A DNA stretch of 56,767 bases from Basidiobolus meristosporus CBS 931.73 (taxonomy: Eukaryota > Fungi > Basidiobolomycota): NCBI GenBank assembly GCA_002104905.1, contig MCFE01000574.1, positions 1 to 56,767 on the forward strand, written 5' to 3'. The notes below the pieces were generated by a model. The model worked only from the letters and a program-made list of their open reading frames with translations. It was not told where the DNA came from and made no database searches. The position numbers and the translations under genes are program-made. Below, one piece after another: positions 1 to 13,463 of the stretch (its first letter is position 1; each line of letters starts with the position of its first letter).

Positions 1-2397
1 AGCGGTACTTGTACTTTCGAGTGCGGTAACCCGAATAGTTTGAATTACTGTGGGGCTGATAATTGCAGTCTTCAAATTTTTTTCTTTGATTGTGGTGAGG
101 ATGGTCGTAGGAGTTAACGTTATGGTACTCTCTTCATCAGTTAGGGTTATTATTGATGTCACAATTGGAGTTATTGTTGAAGTATTCGGATCTGGAACCA
201 TTGTGGTTTCAAGAATAGTCGTTGGCGCTTCCGTTACAACACTTTCCTGACCTGTTATTGTTTGTTCTATGGTTGTGATAGGACTCAAAGTTGAGGTATT
301 TGGATTTGGAACTATTGTGGTTGCAAACACTGTTGTAGGCGCTTCAGTCACAACGTTTTCCTGACCGGTCATTGTTTGCTCTACGGTAGTGACCGGAATC
401 AAAGTTGAAGTATTTGGATTTGGAACTATGGTGGTTGCAAACACAGTTGTCGGCACTTCTGTTACAACGCTTTCCTGACCGGTCATTGTTTGTTCTACGG
501 TAATTACAGGAATCGATGTTGAGGTGTTTGGATTGGGAACTATTGTGGTTGCAAACACTGTTGTCGGCGCTTCAATTACCACACTTTCTTGAGCTGTCAT
601 TGTTTGTTCCACGGTAATTATAGGAATCGATGTTGAGGTGTTTGGATTGGGAACTACTGTGGTTGCAAACACTGTTGTCGGCGCTTCAATTACCACACTT
701 TCTTGAGCTGTCATTGTTTGTTCCACGGTAGTGACAGGAATCGATGTTGAGGTGTTTGGATTGGGAACTACTGTGGTTGCAAACACTGTTGTCGGCGCTT
801 CAATTACCACACTTTCTTGAGCTGTCATTGTTTGTTCTACGGTAGTGACAGGAATCGATGTTGAGGTGTTTGGATTGGGAACTATTGTGGTTGCAAACAC
901 TGTTGTCGGCGCTTCAATTACTACGCTTTCTTGAGCTGTCATTGTTTGTTCTACGGTAATTACAGGAATCGATGTTGAGGTGTTTGGATTGGGAACTACT
1001 GTGGTTGCAAACACTGTTGTCGGCGCGTCAATTACAACACTTTCTTGAGCTGTCATTGTTTGTTCCACGGTAGTGACAGGAATCGATGTTGAGGTATTTG
1101 GATTTGGAACTATTGTGGTTGCAAACACTGTAGTCGGCGCTTCTGTTACAACGCTTTCCTGATCTGTCATTGTTTGTTCAACGGTAATTACAGGAATCAA
1201 TGTTGAAGTATTCGGATTTGGAACTACTGCGGTTTCAAATAAAGTTGTCGGCGCTTCTGTTACGACACTTTCCTGGCCTGTTATTGTTTGTTCCACGGTA
1301 ATTACAGGAATCAATGTTGAGGTATTCGGATTTGGAACTATTGTGGTTGCAAACACTGTCGTCGGCGCCTCAGTTACAACGCTTTCCGGACCTGTCATTG
1401 TTTGTTCTGCGGTAGTGACAGGAATCAAAGTTGAAGTATTTGGGTTTGGAACAATTGGGGTTGTAGACGCAGTCGCCGGCGCTTCAGTAACAACGCTGCT
1501 CTGTACAATACTGGATGGTGTATTCGGTGCAGGCATGTTGCAAGCATTCGAAGATGTATATCCTGTGTAGCCGCAGACTTTGTTGCTAGGGCAACATGAT
1601 AAATGAGGATTTTGATAGCTACCGGTTGGGCAAACGAAGGTGTATGGACTGTCATCGGATTCGCAGTAGTATCCACCGTAATTGCTATTACAAGCGGTCA
1701 AAGCGTTTTGGTACACGCTTTCGGGAAGGTACCCACACCCTTCTCTTACATCATCTTTTTTAATATTGCACCCGTTACTTGATAGTGAGACGCCCACATG
1801 GCCACATACATATCCGCTATCACAGCATTCTGTAGTAACGCTTGTAGTTACGGAATTCCAAACTAATCTGAATGGGCTATAAGCCGAAGGGCAGTAGACA
1901 CCTGAACCAATCGGGTTTAAATCCGAATAAGCGGTTTGTAATTCCTCTTTCGTAGGTTGTTCTGAACAATCTTTCTTGCTGGATCCGGAACCTGAGGTCG
2001 GCTCCCAGTATTGTTGGCATGGCTCAGGTAGGTTATCAACATTTACGCCTGGATTGCCATTCGTATCACACGGAGTGGTATCCCAAAGTCCTACTTCTAA
2101 GGTCGAGTATGTATTTGAGGAGCAACATGTCAGTTGGGCTGGATTATCTCCATCACATTCATAATAGTAGACAGCGTTTGCTACAGGAACCCAATAGTTA
2201 GAAGCGCCGGGATTGAGATCGCTGTTGGCACATTGCTTATTGGCAATTTCTTGCGATGTTTCCATGGAAAAAAATGATGCGCTATCTGCAGCTCTATCAT
2301 CGTTGATTACCGGTTGCGCATTCACGCATGGTGCACTGTTGGCTGCAAGCGCCAGCACAAGCGCTGAAAATCTTAGAAATGATTTCGTCAAAATCAT
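1..2397 (-). CDS. Secreted or cell-surface protein with signal peptide, Cys-rich head and mucin-like Thr-rich repeat stalk (3'-partial, >=799 aa)
   Basis: Manual minus-strand translation from the ATG at 2397 (MILTKSFLRFSALVLALAANSAPCVNAQPV...) stays open to position 1. It is missing from the ORF track because it has no stop in the window. The head is homologous to the 296-aa ORFs, then it continues ...NACNMPAPNTPSSIVQSSVVTEAP into the repeats and ends ...TIRVTALESTSTA at the edge. Confidence 0.9.
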   Translation of the reverse strand, partial: MILTKSFLRFSALVLALAANSAPCVNAQPVINDDRAADSASFFSMETSQEIANKQCANSDLNPGASNYWVPVANAVYYYECDGDNPAQLTCCSSNTYSTLEVGLWDTTPCDTNGNPGVNVDNLPEPCQQYWEPTSGSGSSKKDCSEQPTKEELQTAYSDLNPIGSGVYCPSAYSPFRLVWNSVTTSVTTECCDSGYVCGHVGVSLSSNGCNIKKDDVREGCGYLPESVYQNALTACNSNYGGYYCESDDSPYTFVCPTGSYQNPHLSCCPSNKVCGYTGYTSSNACNMPAPNTPSSIVQSSVVTEAPATASTTPIVPNPNTSTLIPVTTAEQTMTGPESVVTEAPTTVFATTIVPNPNTSTLIPVITVEQTITGQESVVTEAPTTLFETAVVPNPNTSTLIPVITVEQTMTDQESVVTEAPTTVFATTIVPNPNTSTSIPVTTVEQTMTAQESVVIDAPTTVFATTVVPNPNTSTSIPVITVEQTMTAQESVVIEAPTTVFATTIVPNPNTSTSIPVTTVEQTMTAQESVVIEAPTTVFATTVVPNPNTSTSIPVTTVEQTMTAQESVVIEAPTTVFATTVVPNPNTSTSIPIITVEQTMTAQESVVIEAPTTVFATTIVPNPNTSTSIPVITVEQTMTGQESVVTEVPTTVFATTIVPNPNTSTLIPVTTVEQTMTGQENVVTEAPTTVFATTIVPNPNTSTLSPITTIEQTITGQESVVTEAPTTILETTMVPDPNTSTITPIVTSIITLTDEESTITLTPTTILTTIKEKNLKTAIISPTVIQTIRVTALESTSTA
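175..1500 (-). repeat. Coding tandem repeat, 114 bp (38 aa) x ~11.5
   Basis: Equivalent positions fall at 248, 362, 476, 590, 704, 818, 932, 1046, 1160, 1274 and 1388. The unit is ~ESVVTEAPTTVFATTIVPNPNTSTLIPVITVEQTMTGQ. Central units are nearly identical and edge units are diverged. Confidence 0.95.
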
Positions 2398-5300
2398 CGC
2401 TTGCAATAGATGTCTCGGGGCACTTCATTCATTTATATATTACATGCAACATCGAATTTGGACTATCTTTTGGCCTGCGATATCTTTTCAGATAACCCTT
2501 TGATGGTCTTGCTGTAGTTGATTGACTGAATTTCTGGTTTGCAGGGTATCTTTTCTCGATATGTATCTATTTGTCTCGATTAGAATCACCGATAAGTACC
2601 ACAAAATGTCGGTCGAAAATAAAATTTTAAACCTAATTGTTTCAACAGACACTCATTGCAGATACCAACCGTAGCGGTTGCAATGCCATCAATATTTTGG
2701 ATCAGGCAATATCTCAATGCTCGATCCTTGTTACTTGACCTTGGTAAGCGCACATACTGATTCTGGATTCAATCACTTGACAAAAGTAATGGCCGATTGG
2801 CTGCCATTCGGGATAATCAATGCGCGCTGTATGCTGAATGCTCATAGGTGGAGCATTTCGTGAAAACTGGTTGTGAATGCTACTACAATTATCACTGCGT
2901 GTGAGATATGTGCGATGGAACTACTTGTCCAGCGGAACATTTGTCAACCTGGATGTATCGATTTCGAGTTATGCTCTCAAAGCTTAGCGCTCCAAAGGCC
3001 AGAAATACATATGAGGATAGCAGTTACCGGGACCTACTTCATTTCTTCCAGGTGGTCTGTTTGTAGATGGATTTCAAGAATACTAGTCGCGCATCGTGCA
3101 TTGACAAGATGATTATGAATCAATTAACAAAAAGGAGCTCACCACACTAGGGAATTAAAGAAACCTGTAACCCGATTGGTAGCTACTCGCAACCCCCCCT
3201 TCGGTAGAACCTTCGATCGTGACGTCCCTATTGTATAATCTAGATTCTTTGGTGCTATTTTTAGTAATGCCAATATTGGCTATTGATTATCACTTACATA
3301 TATGGAAGTATGTCTACAAAAAAATCAAGAACGTTGATCACGAAGACCGAGTAGCAGAATCTTCGCGCAGACTTAAGGGGAATATTCTGACTTGCTGCAT
3401 ATCGAAAACGATATCGAGATTGTACTTATTTCAACTGCTACGACACGGGCCAGATTTAACTTCGGATAAGTTTAAAGGGCTCAAATAACTCGTCAATATC
3501 CATATGAGTGAGTTTCTAGAATGTTGACCATGCAATCGGAACGTTGGCGGTAGATGTAAGCGGATACTCTATAGGCGGAGTATGGAATAAGAGTTTCGGA
3601 TTTCTCTTAGCAGAGCACAATTGAACATGCTGCTACATATCGAAAATAAGTTAATGTTGACAGATAGGCCTTTCTTCAGAAAAGGTACTTCCCTTGAAGA
3701 AGGAACCGATGTTATATGCTTGGTGAGTTCCACTTCAAACCCGGTTGTAAATGAACACCTCAGATACGTAATACAAGAACGGGAAAATTTACTTACGCTG
3801 GTGGAACTTACTCGATCTAAAGTAGGTCCATTGTGGAGGTTTGGTGGGCTTCTCTGAAATGTCACCAGATAATCCCTGATCCAATTAGAAGGGTCACAAA
3901 TTTTAGTTTTACTAGATCTATTTCCCTAATTAGTCCCGCATTAATTCACTTCAACTATAAATGGTTTTTATAGCGCTCATGCGAATCATCAGAAATGCTA
4001 ATTGAGTAAGGGGGTATGAGCGATGAGAATACCCAATAATTGAGATATTAGTCTTAGGAAGCTAACCCTACTTTCGGGATAATATTTGTGGCTTCTTGAG
4101 TCCACCAGATTGCTGATCTAGATTCACTTACTGCTGCGCTTACCTAGATTGTAAACCCGAGGATATCAGAGAAGCTAATTTAGTCATAATTGATATGTTC
4201 GATCTAATTATTCCGAAGGAGGTGGAGGGTCCCTAATCTTCTCAACATTTCTCAACAAGCAGTAGTACCCTAAGAGACGTAAAGGCTGCTCAACTGCTTG
4301 ATACCAATATTAAATGGTTGCACATAAAGCATTACGGTATACCCCTTTGCTACACTGTGTATACTCAGTATTAGCATTACCGCTGTTGAGAGTGACCGAT
4401 GTCACAACTTTACTTGTAAGTGAATACCTAGAATATCTGATACTAATTGATTTGACGTCAAGACTCGGCTGGTGAGAAGGGCCCAAAATATCAGCCACCT
4501 TGAGGATATTGATTTTGCCAACATGTCGATGGCAAGCTCTAGTGATTACACGATAAATCCATAGCATCTCTTTGTAGAATAGGGATTAAAGAGGTTTCTA
4601 ATCTATTTCTACACAGACCTTACCCGAGCCTTCCTCTATACGATACACCATATCATGCAACAAATCTAGGTTGATCAAGCTCCATCATGATTCCTCAAGT
4701 GACCCTATGAAGAATAATCCCAAACAGCGCAACTTGATCAAATATATTCATGTACCTCATCGAATATCAATATTGATCAAGTTACATTCCAAAATCAGCT
4801 TGAATTACAAACCATACACATGCTGGGTATGAAAATAAAAATTTGGATAACCAGCGATGAGTGGCACTATTACCACTACTATTGAAGACTGATTACAACG
4901 TTTTCCAGAATTTTGAGATCGCTTATTGCGCTGTAGACAACTACCGGTGTTGGCCCGACTATTCCAATTGTAGATTCCATTTTCGCTGACCATTCCAAAC
5001 ATATTTATGAACCGGGATAATCGCGTGCAGTACACGTATTTGCATTCATCATGCCTAGAGTAAACGCGTTCGGAATGGATGTGACACTGGTGGCAAAACA
5101 TGGGACACCAGTTATTGGTGGCAAGAACAAGTTAACATCACATGAATCGGGATGCACATTTAACATGGTCAGTTTTCATACATCTGGATAGGCCCGATTC
5201 CAATATATGTATTAGATCCCGTATTCAGTGCAATAATGCTTCAAAGATGTGATGCGACTCTTCATCTACTGCAAAAGATGATTCCAGCACTACAACAAAT

Positions 5301-6840
5301 GTGATATTTTCTATCTCGTATGCTGATTGTAAGAATCCAAACTTGTGCGCATATTGGGTTGCCTTTTCTACATGTGTGATGCGACTATGTCTAGGAACAC
5401 TTAGACGTGTATAGATTCTGACAGGAAATGCTGCTCCACTCTGACAACGCGTCTATCTCCTCACCGTATTTGTCTATGACGTTGATCAAGTCGGTGCTAG
5501 TCCAGCCTGATTAGGCCATGATCACGTAAAGCATATTGATTTTTCCAAGTGATTTCTTCAATTCCAAAATTCATTGGAATTCAGATAAACGATAGTTGCT
5601 ACAACGGAATCCTTCTTGGGTTATTCTATCTAACTACCAATTTAGTCCTGCATATCTAATGGATATTACATATTAGATGCAGGATACGCTAGCCAAATTA
5701 GTGAAATATAGAATGTTCTATTCCAATACTTCTGGATTCTTCGAGGTGGAAATATTTTGTGAAATAACGATCGATAGAATCGCCCATTTATGGTGATGCC
5801 ATTTAGAGTTATAGATAAGTTATTAACTAGGGAGTTGGCATGGACTACTAAATGCTCCTTAATACAGCTCTCTGACTACATCTATTACTGGAGTCGTCAC
5901 CATTTTTGATCTCCGCCATGCACAGTGAATAGGCCATGACATCGATTCTCTGCATAAACACCATCGGTCTCAATTGAGCTGTTATTCTTGTAGCCAACCT
6001 TTCAGGTAGATGCAGCCAAAACGAAAGTTTATATTCCCAGTGGAACCCACAGAAATGGTTGCGCTAACGCAAACATAGTAGTAGCATTTTTCAACTATCT
6101 TATCGAAAACTTTATAAAGCCAATGTACTTATTCCCATTGGCTCAAAAGATAATATGGTGTTTGCGCTGTCGGTCTCTCGGCAAGCGGAGCTTCCTGTTC
6201 ATGAATAGGGGATTAATTTCCGAATGTTGCAACAAGATTGTATCCATAAAAACACAGTCCTGAAACTCCGGATCATTACACCACAAATATTCCGAAATTT
6301 AGCAGCGTGTGATCCATTATCATTGCGTAACCTTCTAAGCAAGTATGAATGGCAATCACGATAATTGTCAAATCGATTTTGAGTAGTATACCTGACCACC
6401 AACAAAAGGGGGTTTCGGTTCAACTTAACAGAGAAGCCGTAGCCACTGTTCCCTATGAAAAGATTCAAACTTGGATTTTTCACTTTTACTTGACGGTATT
6501 CAGCTGGCATTTAGCCGGGATTCAGCCGGTCAATTTCATCAAAATTTTCAAATAATTTTAACTCACGGAAGATTGTTCTGGTTGCCACCAGAGTCGGTAT
6601 TAGGGTTTATGCGACACTGGCCCTTCCATAAATCCACATGCCCTCAAAGTAGCTGTAACCCCAAATGTTGAAAGTTGTAGCTTTAAGGAAACTTGGATCT
6701 CATATGGTATTTTGCTGGCATTCTGCTGGCCTTCATCAAATATTTTTCGTAGCGAGATTGTAATTTTTAAATATGTTTGAAGGGAAGGATCAATAAAAGA
6801 CAAAGTACGCAAACAAGAAGATAGTTCTTGCGGAGTGAAG
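2398..6840. repeat. Diverged copy of the array spacer unit
   Basis: Shares collinear blocks with the spacers between the 296-aa genes, e.g. gaatttctggtttgcagggtatc, ttactagatc...cctaattagtcccg, gtttctaatct, aaaacatgggac and gcctgattaggccatgatcacg. Confidence 0.85.
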
Positions 6841-6854
6841 AAACTCTTCAAGGG

Positions 6855-7075
6855 CAGAAGAGGGAAAGTCACCAGTTGGTAAAATATGTGTTCAAACTAA
6901 GTATTACCTATATATTCACTAAGTAAAGAAGCCAACTAAAGTTATCAAAATTTCTAAACTATATCATCACGCTGATATCCTTTTTCAAGACAAGTAGAAA
7001 TCAAGATCTGTGTTCTTTAGAAAAGAGAAATCTGAGGGGTAGAGGGGGAATCATGAATTTTAAGTGACATCTGTG
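6855..7075 (-). mobile_element. Old 3'-end fragment of a non-LTR retrotransposon (family B-like)
   Basis: gagggaaagtcaccagttggtaaa...taaagaagccaa matches the 3' end at 52791-52870 (ggagggaaagtcaccaagttggtgaaa...taaagaagccaa). Confidence 0.55.
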
Positions 7076-7077
7076 TT

Positions 7078-8178
7078 TGTTGTGAGATTTTGTGAGGTAT
7101 TGGAAGTGATTGGGAGAACTAGTAGATTATTTGGTTTTCACTTGATCATTTATTGATTTCAAAAGTGGAATTTATACTTTTACAAAGTCTTTGCAAAGAA
7201 CTTGTAGAATGTCATCAGGTAGATTTCAAGAATATGTGTGCAAAGTCTGGGGTCTTTTGGACAGTCTTGAGAAAAGTCATATTCTGGGTACCTGATAAAT
7301 TAGTAAAAATATTCCATGTAAGTCCCAACAAGACATTGGGTCATGGAATAATTGAAGTTTACCATGTAGAATCAGAGTGACTAATGTAGATACTCCGGTG
7401 TAAAATTACAATTCACAACAGTATATGTATGTTTAAGCAGATATCAGCAGTTCCTTATAAATACCTGGAAATCTGCTCAATTGTTGAAAAATGATCCGGA
7501 CCATAGGTCTGATTATGTTAGCTGAGAGCTCCCACTGCATATGAAATATCTGGTTGGGTTCCATGCATGATATACTTCAGGCTACAACCATAGACTCAAA
7601 TGGATACTCTTGACTTTCAGATGAGACTAAGTGCTTCTGATTTGGTTGATTTTTGACCATGTTAAGGTTTGTCTCCACTGGGGTTGCTGCTGGTTTGCAG
7701 TCTTCCATCTGGTACCTCTTGAGTATATCTTGGACTTACTCAGACTGACTCAGAGTAATGGTCTGTCCACTTCTGTCCACAGTAATTGATACTCCCAAGC
7801 AGTAACTAGTTTTCTTAGATTGGACATTTTGAACTCCGCAGATAAACAGGATTTGGTTTCTTCAAGTGTCTTCTGGTTGTTGATGGCTATATGAGATTGT
7901 CTACATCTATAGCTAATAGAACTGAGCTTGTTCACTCTGGCCTATAATAGATACACAAGTCAGCTGTACTTCTTTGTAAAATCATAGATTCCAAAAATGC
8001 ATATATCTTGCAATTCCATGCTCTTTGCAATTGTTTCAGGCCATATATTGACTTTTTGAGTTTGCAAACTAAATAGGGGCTATCTGTGTCACTGTGTCCA
8101 TCTGGCTGGTCCATATACACATTCTCATTGAGTTTTTCATTCAGAAATACAGCATTCACATTCATTTGATGTGAATAC
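7078..8178 (-). mobile_element. Degenerate Ty1/copia fragment (LTR 7078-7420 plus RT remnant)
   Basis: The LTR has TGTTGTGA...TCACAACA termini and resembles the reverse complement of the 8179 LTR. ORFs 7932-8165 (NENVYMDQPDG...KKSIYGLKQ) and 7750-7935 are copia RT pieces. Confidence 0.85.
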
Positions 8179-8527
8179 TATTGTAAAAATTTGTAATTCC
8201 ACCTAAATATTCACCTAACTTAGTCACTTAGATCATTACCCTCAAATCCTAGAGAATACTGACCAAATTCCTTGTTGGGATTTACTAAGAATATTTTCAC
8301 CAAAATACCAGGTACCCAGAACATGAAAATTCTCAAAGTTGTTCAAACAGCCCCAAACTTTGCACACATGTTCTTGGGACCTTCCTTAACCTATTCTACG
8401 TGTTTGTAATGCCAGGACCAGGTAAAAGTATAAATACTACTTTTACATTCAATAAATCATTAAGTGAAAACCACATAAACTACTTGTTCTCCCAATCACT
8501 TCCAATATCTCCAAGACTCTTACAACA
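8179..8527 (+). repeat. Copia 5' LTR (349 bp)
   Basis: Termini T(a/g)TTGTAA...TTACAACA. Repeated at 12512-13598 (interrupted) and as the reverse complement at 44021-44370. Confidence 0.92.
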
Positions 8528-8540
8528 GTTTATGAGCCCC
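8528..8540 (+). other. Copia primer-binding site
   Basis: GTTTATGAGCCC lies immediately after the LTR and resembles the GGTTATG(A/G)GCCC site of copia elements primed by an internal tRNA-iMet fragment. Confidence 0.65.
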
Positions 8541-11500
8541 AAGCTGTCACTCTCTGCAATGTCTACTACTGCTATTACTAGAATTTTTTGCTCTGCTGAA
8601 AAGTTGGATGGATCTAACTACCAAGTGTGGAAGGTGAAGATGGAGATACCGCTACAAGAAAGAGGCCTTTGGGATATTGTCATGGGAGAAGACTGCCCTC
8701 CTAAAAACGTGGGAGAGGAAGTCTTAAAGTACCAGAAGAAAGAGCAAAGTGCCTTTAACTGCATTTGCCTTAATGTCAAGGACAAATTGCTAATTCAATG
8801 CTCAAGAGCAAAAACGGCAAAGAACGCCTGAAAAGCATTAGAAGACACCTACCACTCATGTTCAGCTGCTAAGAAAATGTATCTGAGACAAAAATTCTTT
8901 ACTACAAAGATGCAGCCAGGAGAAGAAATGAAAAATCTAATTAACAGAATTACCCTGGTGGTAGATGAGATGAAATCTGTGGGTGTACCAACTACTGATG
9001 AGGATGTGATAGTTACCATCCTGAATAGCCTGACAGACAAGTTACAGGGCCTTGTATCAGCCCTAGAGTCCAGAACTGAAGATTTGACCTTAAATTACGT
9101 ATTTGGAAGGCTCCTAGATGAAGAATTAAGAAAATCAAGCACCAATAAGAAGGAAGAAGAAAATGCCTTAATAAGCAATGATAGCTAACAAAGGAGGTAC
9201 CCAAGACCCTACAAAGGCAACAGCAACCTGTTTTGCAACTACTGCAAAAGGAAAGGACACACATCAGGATGGTGTCTCAAAAAGAGAGATTATCAGCAAA
9301 AGAGGACTGAATATGGAAATGCTGCAACAACTGAAGATAGACTATTCATATCTGCACTAAATATGACCACAAACAAGGATTCTCAGATGTGGTATATTGA
9401 CTCTGGAGCTTCTCAACACTTTACACACCAAAAAAACTTTTTACCCAATATCAAGAAATTCCAATTAAGAAGGTTTTCATGGGTGACAATAGAACACTTG
9501 ATGCAGTGGGAGAAGGAACTATCCAAGTAAACCTAAGAAGCAGTGAAGGAAGCCATACACTGACCTTTAAAGAAGTACTCTATGTACCAGAAATAGCCAA
9601 GAACCTACTCTCCGTAAGCAAGGCCACAGCAGAAGGACTCAGTTTCAGTTTTGACAATTCTGGATGCAGGATCACTGATCAAAATGGTGCCCATATTCCC
9701 TTGGGCATCAGAGATCAGAATCTATACAAGTTGACTTATATTCCATCATATCTGGATGCCAATATAAGTTACTTAAATGAAGAAACACCAATGCTTTGGC
9801 ACAGGAGATTTGGACACATCAATTTTGATTATTTGCGCAAAATGATCAAAGATCAGCTGATTTCTGGAGTGATAACTGATCCCCCAGCTAGTTTAGAGCA
9901 CTGTGAAGCCTGCATATATGGGAAACCAGCCAGACAACCATTTAAGAGCTCTGGGTTAATCAAAACTAAGAAAAAATTAGATCTAATTCACTCAGATCTG
10001 TGTGGACCCATGCAAAATTTATCCTTAGGCGGGATGAAGTATTTAATCACTTTTATTGATGATTATACAAGATACACATGGGTCTACTTCATGGAGAGAA
10101 AGGAAGAAGCTCTGTCTAAGTGCAGGGAGTTTAAAGCCATGGTTGAGAGAGAAACTGGTGGAAAAATCAAGAAAATACGCTCTGACAATGGTGGAGAATA
10201 TACCTCAAACTCTTCATCCACTTCTGCAAAATTCATGGGATAAAGCAAGAGACTACTGTACCATACTCCCCGCAGCAAAATGGAGTAGCAGAACAAGCTA
10301 ACAGATCAATAATTGATATGGCAAGATCTATGATCCATGATCAAAAATTATCCTATGATTTTTGGGCGGAATCAGTTGCCACTGCGGTATACCTTAAAAT
10401 AGGAGTTATAACAGAATACTTTGTGCTTATACTCCATTTGAAGCCTGGCATGAATACAGACCAAGTGCAGAACATCTAAGAATACTTGGGTGTACAGCAT
10501 ATGCCAAAAAACTGGCCCAAAATCAGTCAAAATTTGAGCCAAAAAGTGTAAAATGCATATTTTTGGGCTACTGCAATGAGAGTAAGGCATACAGACTCTA
10601 CAATACCAAAGCAAAGAAGCTGATCAAGTCCAGGGATGTGTTGTTTGATGAAAATTCAAAATTTTCACAAAAAATGACATCAGATGATGACAAAAATTTG
10701 ATCTCAAGTCCACCAATTGTCAGGATTGAATTTGAGCAAAACAGTGAAAATTTTTTCACTCAAGAGGACTCTACAACCATGGTTCAGCCAGAATCAGTGC
10801 CCAGGAATATCCCAGAAGTGATCATTCCAGTACCAAATGCCCAGAGATCCAATTGGACAAGAAATAGTCTAAGTTACTATATCAATGAAGGTACAAACTT
10901 AGTCTATGCCTATTCAGTCCATATTGATGAACCCCAGACTGTAAAAGAGGCCCTAAATAGCCCTCAGACAAAGTTTTGGAGATCTGCAATGACTGAGGAA
11001 TATCAGGCCCTAATAGAAAATCAAACTTGAGATTTAGTCAAATTACCAATCAACCAAAAATCAATTGGATGCAGATGGGTCTTCAAGACATAATACAAGG
11101 CTGATGGTACAATTGAAAGATACAAAGCAAAACTTGTAGCCAAAGAATACTCTCAAACAAAAGGACTTGACTATACTGAGACCTTTGCACCGGTAGCCAA
11201 GTTTAATTCCATCAGATTAATATTGGCTATTGCAGCCAAATATAAGTTTTTTATTCATCAAATGGATGTAAAAACTGCATTTTTGAATGGAGAACTTGAT
11301 GAGGACATGTATATAGACCAGCCTGATGGGTTTGTTGACCAAGATAACCCCCATTTGGTCTGTAAGCCTGAAAGGTCACTACATGGTCTCAAACAATCAC
11401 CAAGAGCCTGGAATTGCAAGATAGATTCTTATTTGGAATCTTTGAGTTTCAAAAGAAGTAATGCTGACTAGAGTATATACTATAAGCCAGATAGAGCAAA

Positions 11501-12728
11501 TCCAGTCCTATTAGCTCTATATGTGGATGATCCTATTATAGCTGCCAATAACCTAGAAACATTGGAAGAGACTAAATCCAGCCTTTCTAAGGAGTTCAAG
11601 ATGTCCAATCTAGGAGGACTTAGTTACTACTTAGGGATTAAGTTCTCCATAGACAGAAGTACCCAGACTATCACCCTAAGCCAATCCAAGTATATTCAGG
11701 ATATACTAAAGAAGTACCAAATGGAAGACTGTAAACTGGCAGCTACCCCAAGGGAGACAAACCTCAACTTGGTCAAATCTCAATCAAATCAAGAGAGCTT
11801 GGTGCCATCTGAAAGCCCTGACTTTCCTTATCAATCTATAACCGGCAGTCTGATGTATATCATGCTTGGAACACGTCCAGATATCTTGCATTCAGTGGGA
11901 GTTGTCAGCCAACATAATCAGAACTATGGATCTGATCATATTGCAGCAGTTAAGCAGATTTTTAGATACCTAAAAGGAACTGCTGATATCTGCTTAAGAT
12001 ACACTTATAAGGACTCAGAACAGAATCTTGCGGGATAATCTGATGCTGACTGGGGACAAAATTTGGAAGACAGAAGATCCACCACAGGATGCACCTTTCT
12101 TTACTGTGAAGGAGCAATTTCATGGAATTCAAGAAAGCAACCAACCGTAGCACTATCCACCACAGAGGCAGAGTATATGGCCATCTGTGAAGCTACAAAA
12201 GAAGCAATGTGGTTAAGAAAGCTCTTTACAGATTTAGGCCTATGTCACAAAACGCCTATAACTTTATTTCAAGATAATCAAGGATGTATGCAATTAGGTA
12301 GAAATCCAACTTTTCATGCTAGAACTAAGCTCATAGATATTAGACATCATTTCATATGTGAAGCTATAGAGAATAACTTAGTTAGCTTAGTCTACTGTCC
12401 TACAGATGAAATGATTGCAGACATATTTACCAAACCATTAGCTAGAGACAAGTTTGAATATCTTAGGTCAAAATTAGGACTAGTCAGTATGAACATTTAG
12501 CTGAGTGGGAGTGTTGTAAGAATTTGTAATTCCACCTAAATATTTACCTAACTTAGTCACTTAGATCATTACCCTCAAATCCTAGAGAATACGGACCAAA
12601 TTCCTTGTTGGGATTTACTTAGAATATTTTCACCAAAATACCATATACCCAGAACATGAAAATTCTCAAAGTTGTCCAAACAGCCCCAAACTTTGCACAC
12701 ATGTTCTTGGGACCTTCCTTAACCTATT

Positions 12729-13463
12729 AGACTTGTTCCATCGGATAGTGCCACATTGAGCCATGAGTGCCAAATGATGCCCTAGTGTGCCAGAGAGGCC
12801 AAGTGAGCCTCTACCTGGCCACAGAGTGTGAAACATAGCTCCACATCTTCATGCAAAGCAGCCCCTGTGTTTCACCCATTGCGCAGGAGAAAATCCATTT
12901 TTTGACCTTTTTTTTTGGATCAATGTTGTGCAGGATGTGTTAGAGCAAAAGCAGATTGAAGATATGCATCTGGTACTCAATACCCATGGCACTCTGAATC
13001 TAGCTCCTGTAGCTTGTATCATGTCACAAAAATGAATGGCACTATCTTGGTCCACTGGTACTATCTGGCACTATAAGTGCTTTGTATAGATCTTACTTTA
13101 GGGCTAATATTTAAATATAGTGCCAGATAATACCAGTGGACCAAGATAATGCCATTCATTTTTGTGACATGATACAAGCTACAGGAGCTGGATTCAGAGT
13201 GCCATGGGTATTGGGTACCAGATGCATATCTTCCGTTCTGCTGTGCTCTTTCACATCCTGAGCTACATTGGTCCACAAAAAAAGGTCAAAAAATGGATTT
13301 TCTCCTGCGCAATGGGTGAAACACAAAGGGCTGCTTTACATGAAGATGCAGAGCTATGTTTCACACTCTGTGGCCAAGTATAGGCTCACTTGACCTCTCT
13401 GGCACACTATGGCATCATTTGGCACTCATGGCTCAATGTGGCACTATCCAACGAAACAAGTCT
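12729..13463. mobile_element. Non-autonomous foldback/MITE-like element with ~347-bp inverted arms, a 40-bp loop and a 3-bp ATT duplication
   Basis: Starts AGACTTGTT and ends AACAAGTCT. The arms are reverse complements up to ctggcactata/tatagtgccag. It interrupts the copia 3' LTR at aacct-ATT-ctac, with ATT on both sides. Confidence 0.88.

Noticed and set aside
175-1500. CRISPR array
   Set aside because: The units are contiguous 114-bp in-frame coding repeats with no unique spacers, there are no cas genes, and the context is eukaryotic.
50-2503. Plus-strand ORFs here and the repeated 61-81 aa ORFs overlapping each 296-aa gene
   Set aside because: They are antisense or alternative-frame shadows of the minus-strand gene and recur only because the gene is repeated.
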